Below are positions 18,556-26,826 of a DNA stretch of 64,000 nucleotides, piece by piece. The stretch is from a bacterium (lineage in GTDB: Bacteria > Patescibacteriota > Minisyncoccia > Phycocordibacterales > UBA5272). Positions within the stretch are counted from its first letter, which is position 1. Each line of letters starts with the position of its first letter. The stretch is from the NCBI GenBank assembly GCA_023267535.1, contig JAHFNC010000004.1, positions 3,757-67,756 on the forward strand. Direction: 5' to 3'. The position numbers and the translations under genes were made by a program. The notes beneath the pieces are model-generated. The model saw only the letters and a program-made list of their open reading frames with translations. It did not search any database and was not told the origin of the DNA.

Positions 18556-18804
18556 ACCATTGGCGTGTAGCTCGGGTGTGTTTTTAATTTTATTTATTTC
18601 GTTTTGGATTAGCAATGAACTCAAAAGAAAATAGGCAACGAAAATAGATATAATCACAAACACCATTAACTCAAACATATATTTAGTATCAAAGGCTTCT
18701 GATCCAACTTCAGATACATAGAGCAAAAGTATCAGAAAAGACATGGTTAGACCAAGAAGTGCATGAGTACGTTTTTCTTCCAAATAGTCAAAGTTCATAT
18801 TCAT
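18541..18804 (-). CDS. small membrane protein (uncertain)
   Basis: 87-aa ORF with 2 TM; its 3' end overlaps the rplU terminator hairpin. Confidence 0.3.
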   Translation of the reverse strand: MNMNFDYLEEKRTHALLGLTMSFLILLLYVSEVGSEAFDTKYMFELMVFVIISIFVAYFLLSSLLIQNEINKIKNTPELHANGKSHF

Positions 18805-18859
18805 AATTAGAATCCCCCCGGTTCTTTTAATGAAATCTGCTAATTATGTTATATCACAA

Positions 18860-19486
18860 TTAATCTCTTCTTTCAAAAGCACTTTTGAAAGTGTCACGGT
18901 CAACATACTCAAGTTCCAGCCCAGAAGAAAGTCCTCGCGCAAGAGAAGACATCTTCACATCTTTAATTCCAACAATTTGCGCGAGAGTATTTTCTACATA
19001 TTCTTTGGTGTTATCTCCGTAGTCAGTAACTGGTAAAGCGAAAATTATTTCAGATATTTTTTTGCTTTCAATATCAGAATGAACTCGTGACACTAATTCT
19101 CTTATTCGTATAATTTCCGAAGGCTTGTCAGTTAGTGGTGGAAGAAGTCCTCCTAAAATAAAATACATTCCATTATATGAGCCAGTTTTTTCTATGGCGT
19201 CTAGGTCTAATTCTTTTTCTACAATCATCAAAACATTTTTATCTCTGGACTCAGTGTCACAAATCACACATTTAGTTTTGTCATTTCTTAAATTATTGTC
19301 TCCAAAAAATCTGAAACAAGAGTCGCATTGTTTGCCGGTGAATTTCAATTCTTCCAAGGCTTTGATTAATTGTTCTTTGAAATGAAAATGTTCACGAAGC
19401 AAAAAGTAAACAAACCTCTTGGCTTGTTTTGGTCCAATCCCCGGAAACCTCATAAATAATTCCACCAACTTATCCGAAGCGTTCAT
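18860..19486 (-). CDS. recR: recombination protein RecR
   Basis: 'LVELFMRFPGIGPKQAKRFVYFLL', C4 zinc finger (CDSC…CVIC), Toprim domain. Confidence 0.9.
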   Translation of the reverse strand: MNASDKLVELFMRFPGIGPKQAKRFVYFLLREHFHFKEQLIKALEELKFTGKQCDSCFRFFGDNNLRNDKTKCVICDTESRDKNVLMIVEKELDLDAIEKTGSYNGMYFILGGLLPPLTDKPSEIIRIRELVSRVHSDIESKKISEIIFALPVTDYGDNTKEYVENTLAQIVGIKDVKMSSLARGLSSGLELEYVDRDTFKSAFERRD

Positions 19487-19564
19487 ATTTGAGAATTATA
19501 ACATTTATTAGAATATACATATTATGATGAAAAGCTGCTATAATCCAAACAATAAATTATTGTA

Positions 19565-20269
19565 ATGAAGAAAATTCAAGACGACATAATTAGCTACAGA
19601 GAGATGTGTGATATAGAAAATGTTCAAACACTTCAGCGTGGAATGAATTTTCGTATGAACCAAAAATACTCCGTCATATTAATGTCCCAAAGATCAAACG
19701 CTCCATATATTGATAAGGTTCATGCGGATGGTTTAACTATTGAATATGAGGGACACGACGTCTCCAGAATTACAAATGAGCCCGCCTATAATCCAAAGCA
19801 ATATGATCAATCAGAGAAATTACCGAGCGGGAAATTAACACAAAATGGATTTTTTATAAAAGCTGTAAAAGAATTTAAAAAAAGTATGGCTAATCCAGAG
19901 CTTGTTAAAATTTATGAAAAAGTTTTTCCTGGTGTTTGGTCTTTGAAAGGCTATTTTGATCTCATTGATTACAGAAATGTTAGAGATGAAAAAAGAAATG
20001 TGTTTCGCTTTATTCTGAAATTATCAAATCGTCAAGAAAATTATGATTCAAAGGTTGCGAAAATTGAACACACAAGATTGATTCCGTCAGAAGTAAAAAG
20101 AGAGGTTTGGAAACGAGATGATGGAAAGTGTGTTATTTGTGGAGATACAAAAAATTTACACTTTGACCACGATCTTCCTTTTTCAAAAGGGGGCACAAGT
20201 TTATCAACAAAAAATGTGCGCTTACTTTGTATGAGACATAATCTTCAAAAATCAGATAAGATAATTTAG
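19565..20269 (+). CDS. HNH endonuclease with uncharacterised ~170-aa N-terminal domain
   Basis: C-terminal HNH motif 'CVICGDTKNLHFDHDLPFSKGG…LLCMRHN'; N-terminal domain not recognised. Confidence 0.7.
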   Translation: MKKIQDDIISYREMCDIENVQTLQRGMNFRMNQKYSVILMSQRSNAPYIDKVHADGLTIEYEGHDVSRITNEPAYNPKQYDQSEKLPSGKLTQNGFFIKAVKEFKKSMANPELVKIYEKVFPGVWSLKGYFDLIDYRNVRDEKRNVFRFILKLSNRQENYDSKVAKIEHTRLIPSEVKREVWKRDDGKCVICGDTKNLHFDHDLPFSKGGTSLSTKNVRLLCMRHNLQKSDKII

Positions 20270-20278
20270 TATTTCTAC

Positions 20279-20287
20279 TTATCCACA
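20279..20287 (+). promoter_or_regulatory. consensus DnaA-box motif TTATCCACA
   Basis: Exact 9-mer immediately upstream of the lexA operator/promoter. Confidence 0.3.
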
Positions 20288-20296
20288 GTTGTTCTA

Positions 20297-20325
20297 TTGC
20301 AGTAGAACAATCGTTCTAATATACT
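20297..20325 (+). promoter_or_regulatory. lexA promoter (TTGCAG-17-TATACT), probably leaderless
   Basis: -35 at 20297-20302, -10 at 20320-20325; ATG at 20329/20332. Confidence 0.45.
20303..20318. promoter_or_regulatory. SOS box (Cheo-type GAAC-N4-GTTC LexA operator)
   Basis: Perfect palindrome TAGAACAATCGTTCTA in the promoter spacer, 11 nt upstream of lexA; an overlapping second palindrome GTTCTATTGCAGTAGAAC lies just 5' of it. Confidence 0.6.
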
Positions 20326-20328
20326 GAA

Positions 20329-20895
20329 TTGATGAATGAGGAAGAAATTTTAATATCATTTTTTACGGAAAATAAAAGAATGCCAACATACGAAGAGATG
20401 AAAGGTCTCTTCGGTGTGGCTTCAAAAAACACTGTGGCTTTCAGAGTAAATAAATTATTAGAAAATGGTTTCTTGATTAAGAAAGGAAGTAAAATTGCTC
20501 TTGCTCAATCTGGCTCAGTTGTGAGATTGGGAACTGTTCAAGCTGGATTTCCAACTACTGCAGACGAAGATGTCGTATCCGAGTTATTATCACTTGATGA
20601 TTTTTTAATAGAAAGAAAGAGTTCAACATATATGTTGGAAGTGGTTGGTGAATCAATGAAAGATGCCGGAATAATTGAAGGCGACTTGGTTTTAGTAGAA
20701 AGAGGAAAGACTCCACGTCGTGGAGATATAGTTCTAGCACTTGTTGATAATGAATACACGCTGAAATATTTAGAAACAGAAAAAGGAAAACCAGTGCTTG
20801 TGCCAGCCAATAAATTATTTAAGAAAATCTATCCAAACCCAAACAAATTAAAAATCGAAGCAGTTTTAAAAGCAGTAATTAGAAAATATAGATAA
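20329..20895 (+). CDS. lexA: LexA repressor (S24 peptidase)
   Basis: N-terminal wHTH; 'VVGESMKDAGIIEGDLVLVERG…GDIVLALVDNEYTLK' (Ser/Lys dyad cleavage domain). Confidence 0.9.
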   Translation: MMNEEEILISFFTENKRMPTYEEMKGLFGVASKNTVAFRVNKLLENGFLIKKGSKIALAQSGSVVRLGTVQAGFPTTADEDVVSELLSLDDFLIERKSSTYMLEVVGESMKDAGIIEGDLVLVERGKTPRRGDIVLALVDNEYTLKYLETEKGKPVLVPANKLFKKIYPNPNKLKIEAVLKAVIRKYR

Positions 20896-21045
20896 ACATA
20901 TGAAATTATTTAACATCACAATTACAATACAGAGCTCCATAAAAAACGACGAGCCAGTTTACAAAAATGAACTAATAAGTAGACACATTAATTTCGCTTC
21001 AAAACTTACTCAACTTTCTAGATTATAAATAACTATTTCAAATAT

Positions 21046-21477
21046 ATGTCACCATCACCACGCGCCATAATACAAATAAGCACAACAGGAAAGAATTTTT
21101 CTCGTATAAATTATAGTCGTCGCATGTATGCCGTCATTAGACGTTATACACCGGACGTGGCTGAGGGTAATATAAATGAATGCTTTGCTGATATAACCGG
21201 ACTTCGCACTTTCTTTAAAATGTCATACAAAGAATTGGCAGAAAAAATTCTTAAAGATTTAAATAAAGAAATTGGTGTGCAATTTACAATCAGAATTACT
21301 TCAATGAAAGCCTTTCAAAATGCAAAAACTAACAGTAGAAACTCCAAGAGTATTTCTACTTACAAAGAATTAAACAAACTTTTTGCCGGACTATCATTTG
21401 TTGAAGCCAAAAATCGTAAAAGCTTAATTAGTAGAAGAAGAAAATTTGCCGTACCATTTATTGGTAAGGTTGCATAA
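21046..21477 (+). pseudogene. degenerate Y-family (DinB/UmuC-like) DNA polymerase remnant
   Basis: 143 aa. 'YSRRMYAVIRRYTPDVAEGNINECFADITG' matches the Y-family motif Y..S..V..I…VE.[S-I-D-E]AFLD.TG but catalytic Asp→Asn; 'RITSMKAFQNAKTNSRNSK' ≈ the KFLAKIASD..NKP motif. N-terminal ~70 aa (DMD motif) and C-terminal half absent; in-frame stop at 21019 upstream. Confidence 0.5.
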
Positions 21478-21483
21478 TTATTT

Positions 21484-22026
21484 TTGGTCGTGAAAGAGAT
21501 AAGCTATAAATTAAAAATTAGTAAAAAATCCAAAAGATTAAAACTTGCTGTCTATCATGACGGTACTGTTTTGGTTACTGTTCCCAGAGGTGTAACTAAA
21601 GAAATTGTTAAGAGTTTTGTGTTAAGTAAATATAAATGGATTACTAAAAAAGTAGAATTTTTTAAAAAGTATCCAGCTAGAGCACTGCCTAAAAATAATA
21701 AGAAAGCTTTTGAAGAAAATAAAGAGGTGGCTTACAAGATTGCTATTGAAAGACTAGAGCATTTTAATAAGTTCTATAAATTGAAATGGAATAACATAAC
21801 CATAAAGAATACAAAAACCCGCTGGGGAAGTTGTTCAAGAAAAGGAAATTTAAATTTTAATTACAAAATAGCACTACTTTCTCCAAAGCTTAGAGATTAC
21901 ATAATCGTTCATGAGCTTTGCCATTTAGGAGAATTCAACCACTCGCAAAAGTTTTGGACATTAGTTTCAAAAACTATTCCAAATTATTTAGAGTTAAAAA
22001 AGGAACTAAAAATAAATATTTTTTAA
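21484..22026 (+). CDS. YgjP/DUF45 family zinc metallopeptidase-like protein (HExxH)
   Basis: 'RWGSCSRKGNLNFNYKIALLSPKLRDYIIVHELCHLGEFNHSQKFW' — characteristic DUF45 signature. Confidence 0.75.
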   Translation: MVVKEISYKLKISKKSKRLKLAVYHDGTVLVTVPRGVTKEIVKSFVLSKYKWITKKVEFFKKYPARALPKNNKKAFEENKEVAYKIAIERLEHFNKFYKLKWNNITIKNTKTRWGSCSRKGNLNFNYKIALLSPKLRDYIIVHELCHLGEFNHSQKFWTLVSKTIPNYLELKKELKINIF

Positions 22027-22079
22027 TGTTTTATTAAATCGTCTGTATTAAATTGAAGAAATTTGTTAATATAGCTCAC

Positions 22080-23198
22080 ATGTCACTTTCAATAGGAATT
22101 GTTGGACTACCAAATGTTGGCAAGTCAACACTATTTAACGCCATTACAAAAAAATCTGTTCCAGCGGAAAATTATCCGTTCTGCACCATTGACCCATCGG
22201 TGGGTGTGGTTGCTGTGCCGGATGCACGACTTGAAGTTTTGTCTAAAATTTCTGGCTCTAAAAAATTAATTCCAGCTATTGTTGAGTTTGTAGATATTGC
22301 GGGTCTCGTAAAAGGAGCCTCATCTGGCGAAGGACTTGGAAACGCCTTCTTGTCACATATTCGTGAGACCGACGCTATCGCGGAAGTGGTGCGTATTTAT
22401 GAAAACGGCGAGTTAATCCACGTGGAAGGAACAATCGACCCACTTCGTGATATTGAAATCATTAATATGGAATTGATTTTGGCTGATATGCAAACAGTTG
22501 AGAAAAGAAGTCAGACCATTGGTCGCGACGTTAAACGCGGAGACAAAGACGCAATTAAATTACAAGGACTGCTGGATGTCTTCAAGAAAAATTTTGATGA
22601 AGGAAAACTAGCTAACACACTTTCGTTTGATGAAGAAGAAACAAGATTAATTAAGGATTTGCATTTAATTACTATGAAGCCGTTTCTTTACGTGTTGAAT
22701 AAACAATCTGGCGGAAAAAATTTAGACGAAATGAACCTGTCTGCCGGACAGGCAGGTGATGAACGATTCCAAAAGTTAATTGAGTATTTTAAAAAGAATA
22801 ATTTTAAATATGTAATAGTAGACGCCAAGATTGAAGATGAATTGAAAGATTTTGAAGGAGAAGAAAAAGAAATAATGCGTAAGGAAATGAATGCCAATGA
22901 CAATGGAGTGGATAATTTAATCAAAGCAGGATATGACTTACTTGGTCTTGAAACATATTTAACAACAGGAGAGGTTGAAACTCGCGCCTGGACGATTAAA
23001 AAGGGCTCTACTGCACCAGTTGCAGGCCAAGCGATACATACTGACTTTAAAGATAAATTCATCCGTGCTGAGGTTGTAGCTTATGATGATTTAGTTAAAG
23101 CTGGAAATTATGTTGAAGCAAAGACAAGGGGATTGCTACGCACGGAAGGAAAAGATTATATAGTCAAAGATGGCGATGTAATAGAGTTTAAGATTTAA
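22080..23198 (+). CDS. ychF: ribosome-binding ATPase YchF
   Basis: '[23 protein letters not shown]', TGS C-terminal domain; start chosen at 22080 (ORF track 22053). Confidence 0.85.
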   Translation: MSLSIGIVGLPNVGKSTLFNAITKKSVPAENYPFCTIDPSVGVVAVPDARLEVLSKISGSKKLIPAIVEFVDIAGLVKGASSGEGLGNAFLSHIRETDAIAEVVRIYENGELIHVEGTIDPLRDIEIINMELILADMQTVEKRSQTIGRDVKRGDKDAIKLQGLLDVFKKNFDEGKLANTLSFDEEETRLIKDLHLITMKPFLYVLNKQSGGKNLDEMNLSAGQAGDERFQKLIEYFKKNNFKYVIVDAKIEDELKDFEGEEKEIMRKEMNANDNGVDNLIKAGYDLLGLETYLTTGEVETRAWTIKKGSTAPVAGQAIHTDFKDKFIRAEVVAYDDLVKAGNYVEAKTRGLLRTEGKDYIVKDGDVIEFKI

Positions 23199-23413
23199 AA
23201 TTAATTCATCTACTTTGTCACAATTTCATTTTTGTCAGTCGTCGTAGGATATCTACGCCTTCTTCCAAAAATTCTTTGTTTCGTGTATCTAAAGCAATTT
23301 TAAAGCTTAAACAAATTCAAAATATAAAATTATTTTACCTTAGTTTAAGTTTGCATGTTTATTCGTTTTAGTTTAATCTGTGTTTCTAGTTCTTTTATAA
23401 ACAGAGGTTAGTA

Positions 23414-23719
23414 ATGTCAGATATTCTTTTGGTAAAAACTGGGCAAACTCACAAAGTTACCCAACCGCAGCTTGATTGTCTTAAAATTCTTACAGAAAAG
23501 AAAGGGAGATTTGTACTTGTTTTTTATGTTTGGGAACAATATCAATCATTAACAAAAAAAGAAGGTCGTCCTGACGAAGGGCACACTTCTTCAAGAATGA
23601 TCGCTAATGATCTAGATGATTTATTCAACAAAAAAATCATTGAAAGAGGTGCTCACAGTGAAAGCGCCCCGCATTCCTGTAAAGGTTATAGAATCATTGA
23701 AGATTTTGAAATCGTTTAA
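23414..23719 (+). CDS. hypothetical protein
   Basis: 101 aa; AGAGG SD; no motif. Confidence 0.4.
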   Translation: MSDILLVKTGQTHKVTQPQLDCLKILTEKKGRFVLVFYVWEQYQSLTKKEGRPDEGHTSSRMIANDLDDLFNKKIIERGAHSESAPHSCKGYRIIEDFEIV

Positions 23720-23742
23720 CTTTAAATGGAGGATATACACGA

Positions 23743-23997
23743 ATGTATTCTCATAATGAAATAAAGGAGCAAAATAATCCCGACTGCAAAGAATGTTTTG
23801 GTGCTGGCAATATCCTCGTTTATTTTGTTGACCACAGAAAGAAAAGGGTCATAGAGGAATGGGTTTACTGCACCACCTGTTACCCAACTAGTTCTTGCTT
23901 TGGATTTGATAAATCCTGCAATTTTGCGGAAGAAATTTCCAAAGAAGATGCAGACAACCTCGTAAAAGAAAAAGGTTACGACTTGCACGTTCCTTAA
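23743..23997 (+). CDS. Cys-rich small hypothetical protein
   Basis: 84 aa; GGAGG SD; CxxC…C…CxxC…C…C pattern; followed by terminator. Confidence 0.4.
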   Translation: MYSHNEIKEQNNPDCKECFGAGNILVYFVDHRKKRVIEEWVYCTTCYPTSSCFGFDKSCNFAEEISKEDADNLVKEKGYDLHVP

Positions 23998-24024
23998 ATC
24001 AGCGCCACTTGCGCTGATTTTTAT
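23996..24024 (+). terminator. rho-independent terminator
   Basis: ATCAGCGC-CACTT-GCGCTGAT plus TTTTT. Confidence 0.6.
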
Positions 24025-24086
24025 TTTTATAAATCGGCCTTGTTTTCCTGATTACAGAAACACTCCTTGTGGTATTTAAATAATTA

Positions 24087-24446
24087 TTGTACAGTTTAAT
24101 TTGTAACGTCTGTTCTTTAATTGTTACGAGAGGGGACATCATGAGTGATATGGACGACTGCTCTTCAGGACAAGAACTTGCTATAAATGCTGCCAGAAAA
24201 TTGAACAAAATAAATCCTAATCACGAACTTCTCAATCTTTTCAATTTTGGTGGAAAAGGATGTGACGAAAAAAAGTTTGAGGAGAACTGGGAAAATTTTC
24301 AAGTTCGTTTCGGAAAGCCTGGTGCCAGTAAAGAAGAAAGAGGGACTTCGCCCGGCCAAGCATACTTTTGGGCACAATATTACTTAGCGCTAGAAAAAGC
24401 ACTAGACGAAAAAGCCAAATACGAACCAATGTATGTTCCTGTGTAA
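24087..24446 (+). CDS. hypothetical protein
   Basis: 119 aa; GAGGGG SD; terminator follows (24456-24478 GGAGAC-CGCGA-GTCTCC plus TTTT). Confidence 0.4.
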   Translation: MYSLICNVCSLIVTRGDIMSDMDDCSSGQELAINAARKLNKINPNHELLNLFNFGGKGCDEKKFEENWENFQVRFGKPGASKEERGTSPGQAYFWAQYYLALEKALDEKAKYEPMYVPV

Positions 24447-24514
24447 TTTTTAATGAAGGAGACCGCGAGTCTCCTTTTGTTTTTATCTCTTTATTTTGTA
24501 TAATCAATTGACCT

Positions 24515-26401
24515 ATGACTGTAAGTGAAATTAGAGCAAAATTTTTATCATATATGGAAATGAAGGGGCACAAAGTTGTCTTTTCTTCGTCATTAAAACC
24601 AGAGAATGACCCAACCACACTCTTTACTGGCTCCGGAATGCAACCAATGCTTCCATATTTGCTTGGTCAGCCTCACGAATTGGGAAAAAGGATCGCTGAT
24701 TCGCAAAAATGTTTTCGTTCACAAGATATAGATGATGTTGGAGATAACCGCCACACCACTTTCTTTGAAATGCTTGGAAATTGGTCATTTGGTGATTATT
24801 TTAAGGGAGAAGAAATCGTCTGGATGTTTAATTTTTTAATTGGTGAACTTCACCTTGACCCAAAAAACTTCTACGTAACTTGTTTCAAAGGAAATTCTAA
24901 TTTAAATATTCCAAGAGATGATGTATCGGCTGACTTGTGGAAAAAAACTTTCAAACAAAAAGGATTAGATGTAAAAGTTGGAGAGAATCCAGAAGTTGAT
25001 GGAATAAAAGAAGGAGAACATATTTTCTATTATGACGAGAGAAAAAATTGGTGGTCTCGTTCTGGAATTCCAAAGAATATGCCAGAAGGTGAGCCTGGGG
25101 GGCCAGATTCTGAAATGTTTTATGACTTTGATTCTGATTTATCAAAAAAGATTCACGCTAATTCAAAATTTAAAGATAGTGTTTGTCATGTGAACTGTGA
25201 TTGTGGAAGATTTTTGGAAATTGGAAACAATGTTTTTATGGAATACAAGAAAGTTGGAAATGGCTTTGAAGAATTGCCACAGAAAAATGTTGACCACGGC
25301 TCTGGACTAGAAAGACATGCTTGTGCTGTAAATAATGACGAAGATATTTTTAATATCGATGTATTTAATGAAGCAAAAAATACTATAGAAAGATTATCTG
25401 GTAAAAAATATCGCGATGATGAAAAAGTAACTTATGCTTATCGTGTAATTCTTGATCATCTTCGTGCCGGAACATTTTTAATTGGAGATGATGTTTTACC
25501 AGGGAATAAAGATCAGTCATATTTCGTGCGCCGACTTATTCGTCGTTCAGTGAGATTCGCCAGAAATTTAGGAATTGATAAAAATTTTACAAAATCAATC
25601 GCGCTTTCATTTATTGAAGTTTATAAAGACGAATATAAAAATCTAAACGAAAAGAAAGAAATCATTTTATTTGAAATGGAAAAAGAAGAGACTAAATTTA
25701 GAGCCACTCTTGAAAAAGGAATAAAAGAATTCGAGAAAATCGGTAGTAGAGACATTTCAGGACACAATGCATTTGATTTACTTCAATCTTACGGATTTCC
25801 AATTGAACTTACAATTGAACTAGCAAAAGAAAGAGGTTTAAATGTTGATTTAGTTGGATTTGAAGAAGAAAAGAAAAAGCATTCTGAAAGTTCTCGCACT
25901 GCTTCCGCTGGAAAGTTTAAAGGAGGACTAGGAGGAGACGGAGAAATAGAAACAAAATATCATACAGCTACACACTTATTACACGAAGCATTACGCCAAG
26001 TACTTGGAGAACACGTGGAACAAAAAGGTTCAAACATCACATCCGAAAGATTACGTTTTGATTTTTCTCATAATGAAAAAATGACAGACGAAGAAAAGAA
26101 AAAAGTTGAAGATTTGGTAAACGAAAAAATAAATGAAGCATTGCCAGTGAAAAGAGAAGAGATTAAGAAAGATGAGGCCATAAGTAGAGGCGCAATTGGA
26201 CTTTTCGGTGATAAATATGGCGACGTGGTTACGGTTTATAGAATCGGAACTGGCGAAAAAAGAGGGGATACAAATTTGTTTTCAATGGAATTATGTGGTG
26301 GTCCTCATGTTGCCAACACCAAAGAACTTGGTCACTTTAAAATAGTAAAAGAAGAAGCAGTCTCTGCCGGTGTTCGTCGAATAAAAGCGATTTTGTCTTA
26401 A
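24515..26401 (+). CDS. alaS: alanyl-tRNA synthetase, short form lacking the C-Ala domain
   Basis: Class II motifs 'TLFTGSGMQP', 'RHTTFFEMLGNWSFGDYFK'; editing-domain 'HTATHLLHEALRQVLGEHVEQKGS…CGGPHV'. 628 aa; ends right after the editing domain. Confidence 0.85.
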   Translation: MTVSEIRAKFLSYMEMKGHKVVFSSSLKPENDPTTLFTGSGMQPMLPYLLGQPHELGKRIADSQKCFRSQDIDDVGDNRHTTFFEMLGNWSFGDYFKGEEIVWMFNFLIGELHLDPKNFYVTCFKGNSNLNIPRDDVSADLWKKTFKQKGLDVKVGENPEVDGIKEGEHIFYYDERKNWWSRSGIPKNMPEGEPGGPDSEMFYDFDSDLSKKIHANSKFKDSVCHVNCDCGRFLEIGNNVFMEYKKVGNGFEELPQKNVDHGSGLERHACAVNNDEDIFNIDVFNEAKNTIERLSGKKYRDDEKVTYAYRVILDHLRAGTFLIGDDVLPGNKDQSYFVRRLIRRSVRFARNLGIDKNFTKSIALSFIEVYKDEYKNLNEKKEIILFEMEKEETKFRATLEKGIKEFEKIGSRDISGHNAFDLLQSYGFPIELTIELAKERGLNVDLVGFEEEKKKHSESSRTASAGKFKGGLGGDGEIETKYHTATHLLHEALRQVLGEHVEQKGSNITSERLRFDFSHNEKMTDEEKKKVEDLVNEKINEALPVKREEIKKDEAISRGAIGLFGDKYGDVVTVYRIGTGEKRGDTNLFSMELCGGPHVANTKELGHFKIVKEEAVSAGVRRIKAILS

Positions 26402-26442
26402 AATTACTTCTAACTTTTTCTTTTTAAGTTTATACTTAACTC

Positions 26443-26826
26443 ATGCCACATTACTTACTCATTGAAGTTGATGACTCTAAGACAAATCTAAAATATGTCG
26501 TTGATGAGAATGTTTTAGCTACTCATTCTCACGATTTTGGTTTGAAACATTTGGAGTCACACGCCATGAGTAAGATCGCTTCTTCGAAATTCTTAGACGG
26601 AGTGTTTTATATTCTAGAATACATTTCTCTTTACGAAAGAATTCCTACGGAATTTGTTTTATGTTCACCGCGCTATTCATCTTGGATAAAAAATTTAATC
26701 GAGGAAGCCTCTTATACACAGTTTTACACAAACAAAATTCCAGTGTGTGTTAAAATAGACGGCAATAGGGAGGCTTCTTCTAACTATGCAAGACATAAAA
26801 AAACCACATTCTCGTTCAAAGTCTGA
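26443..26826 (+). CDS. hypothetical protein, possibly a divergent YqgF/RuvX-like nuclease
   Basis: 127 aa downstream of alaS (the usual alaS-yqgF synteny); 'LLIEVDD…' and 'EFVLCSP' loosely echo YqgF 'LGLDLG…IVVGLP'; weak. Confidence 0.3.
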   Translation: MPHYLLIEVDDSKTNLKYVVDENVLATHSHDFGLKHLESHAMSKIASSKFLDGVFYILEYISLYERIPTEFVLCSPRYSSWIKNLIEEASYTQFYTNKIPVCVKIDGNREASSNYARHKKTTFSFKV

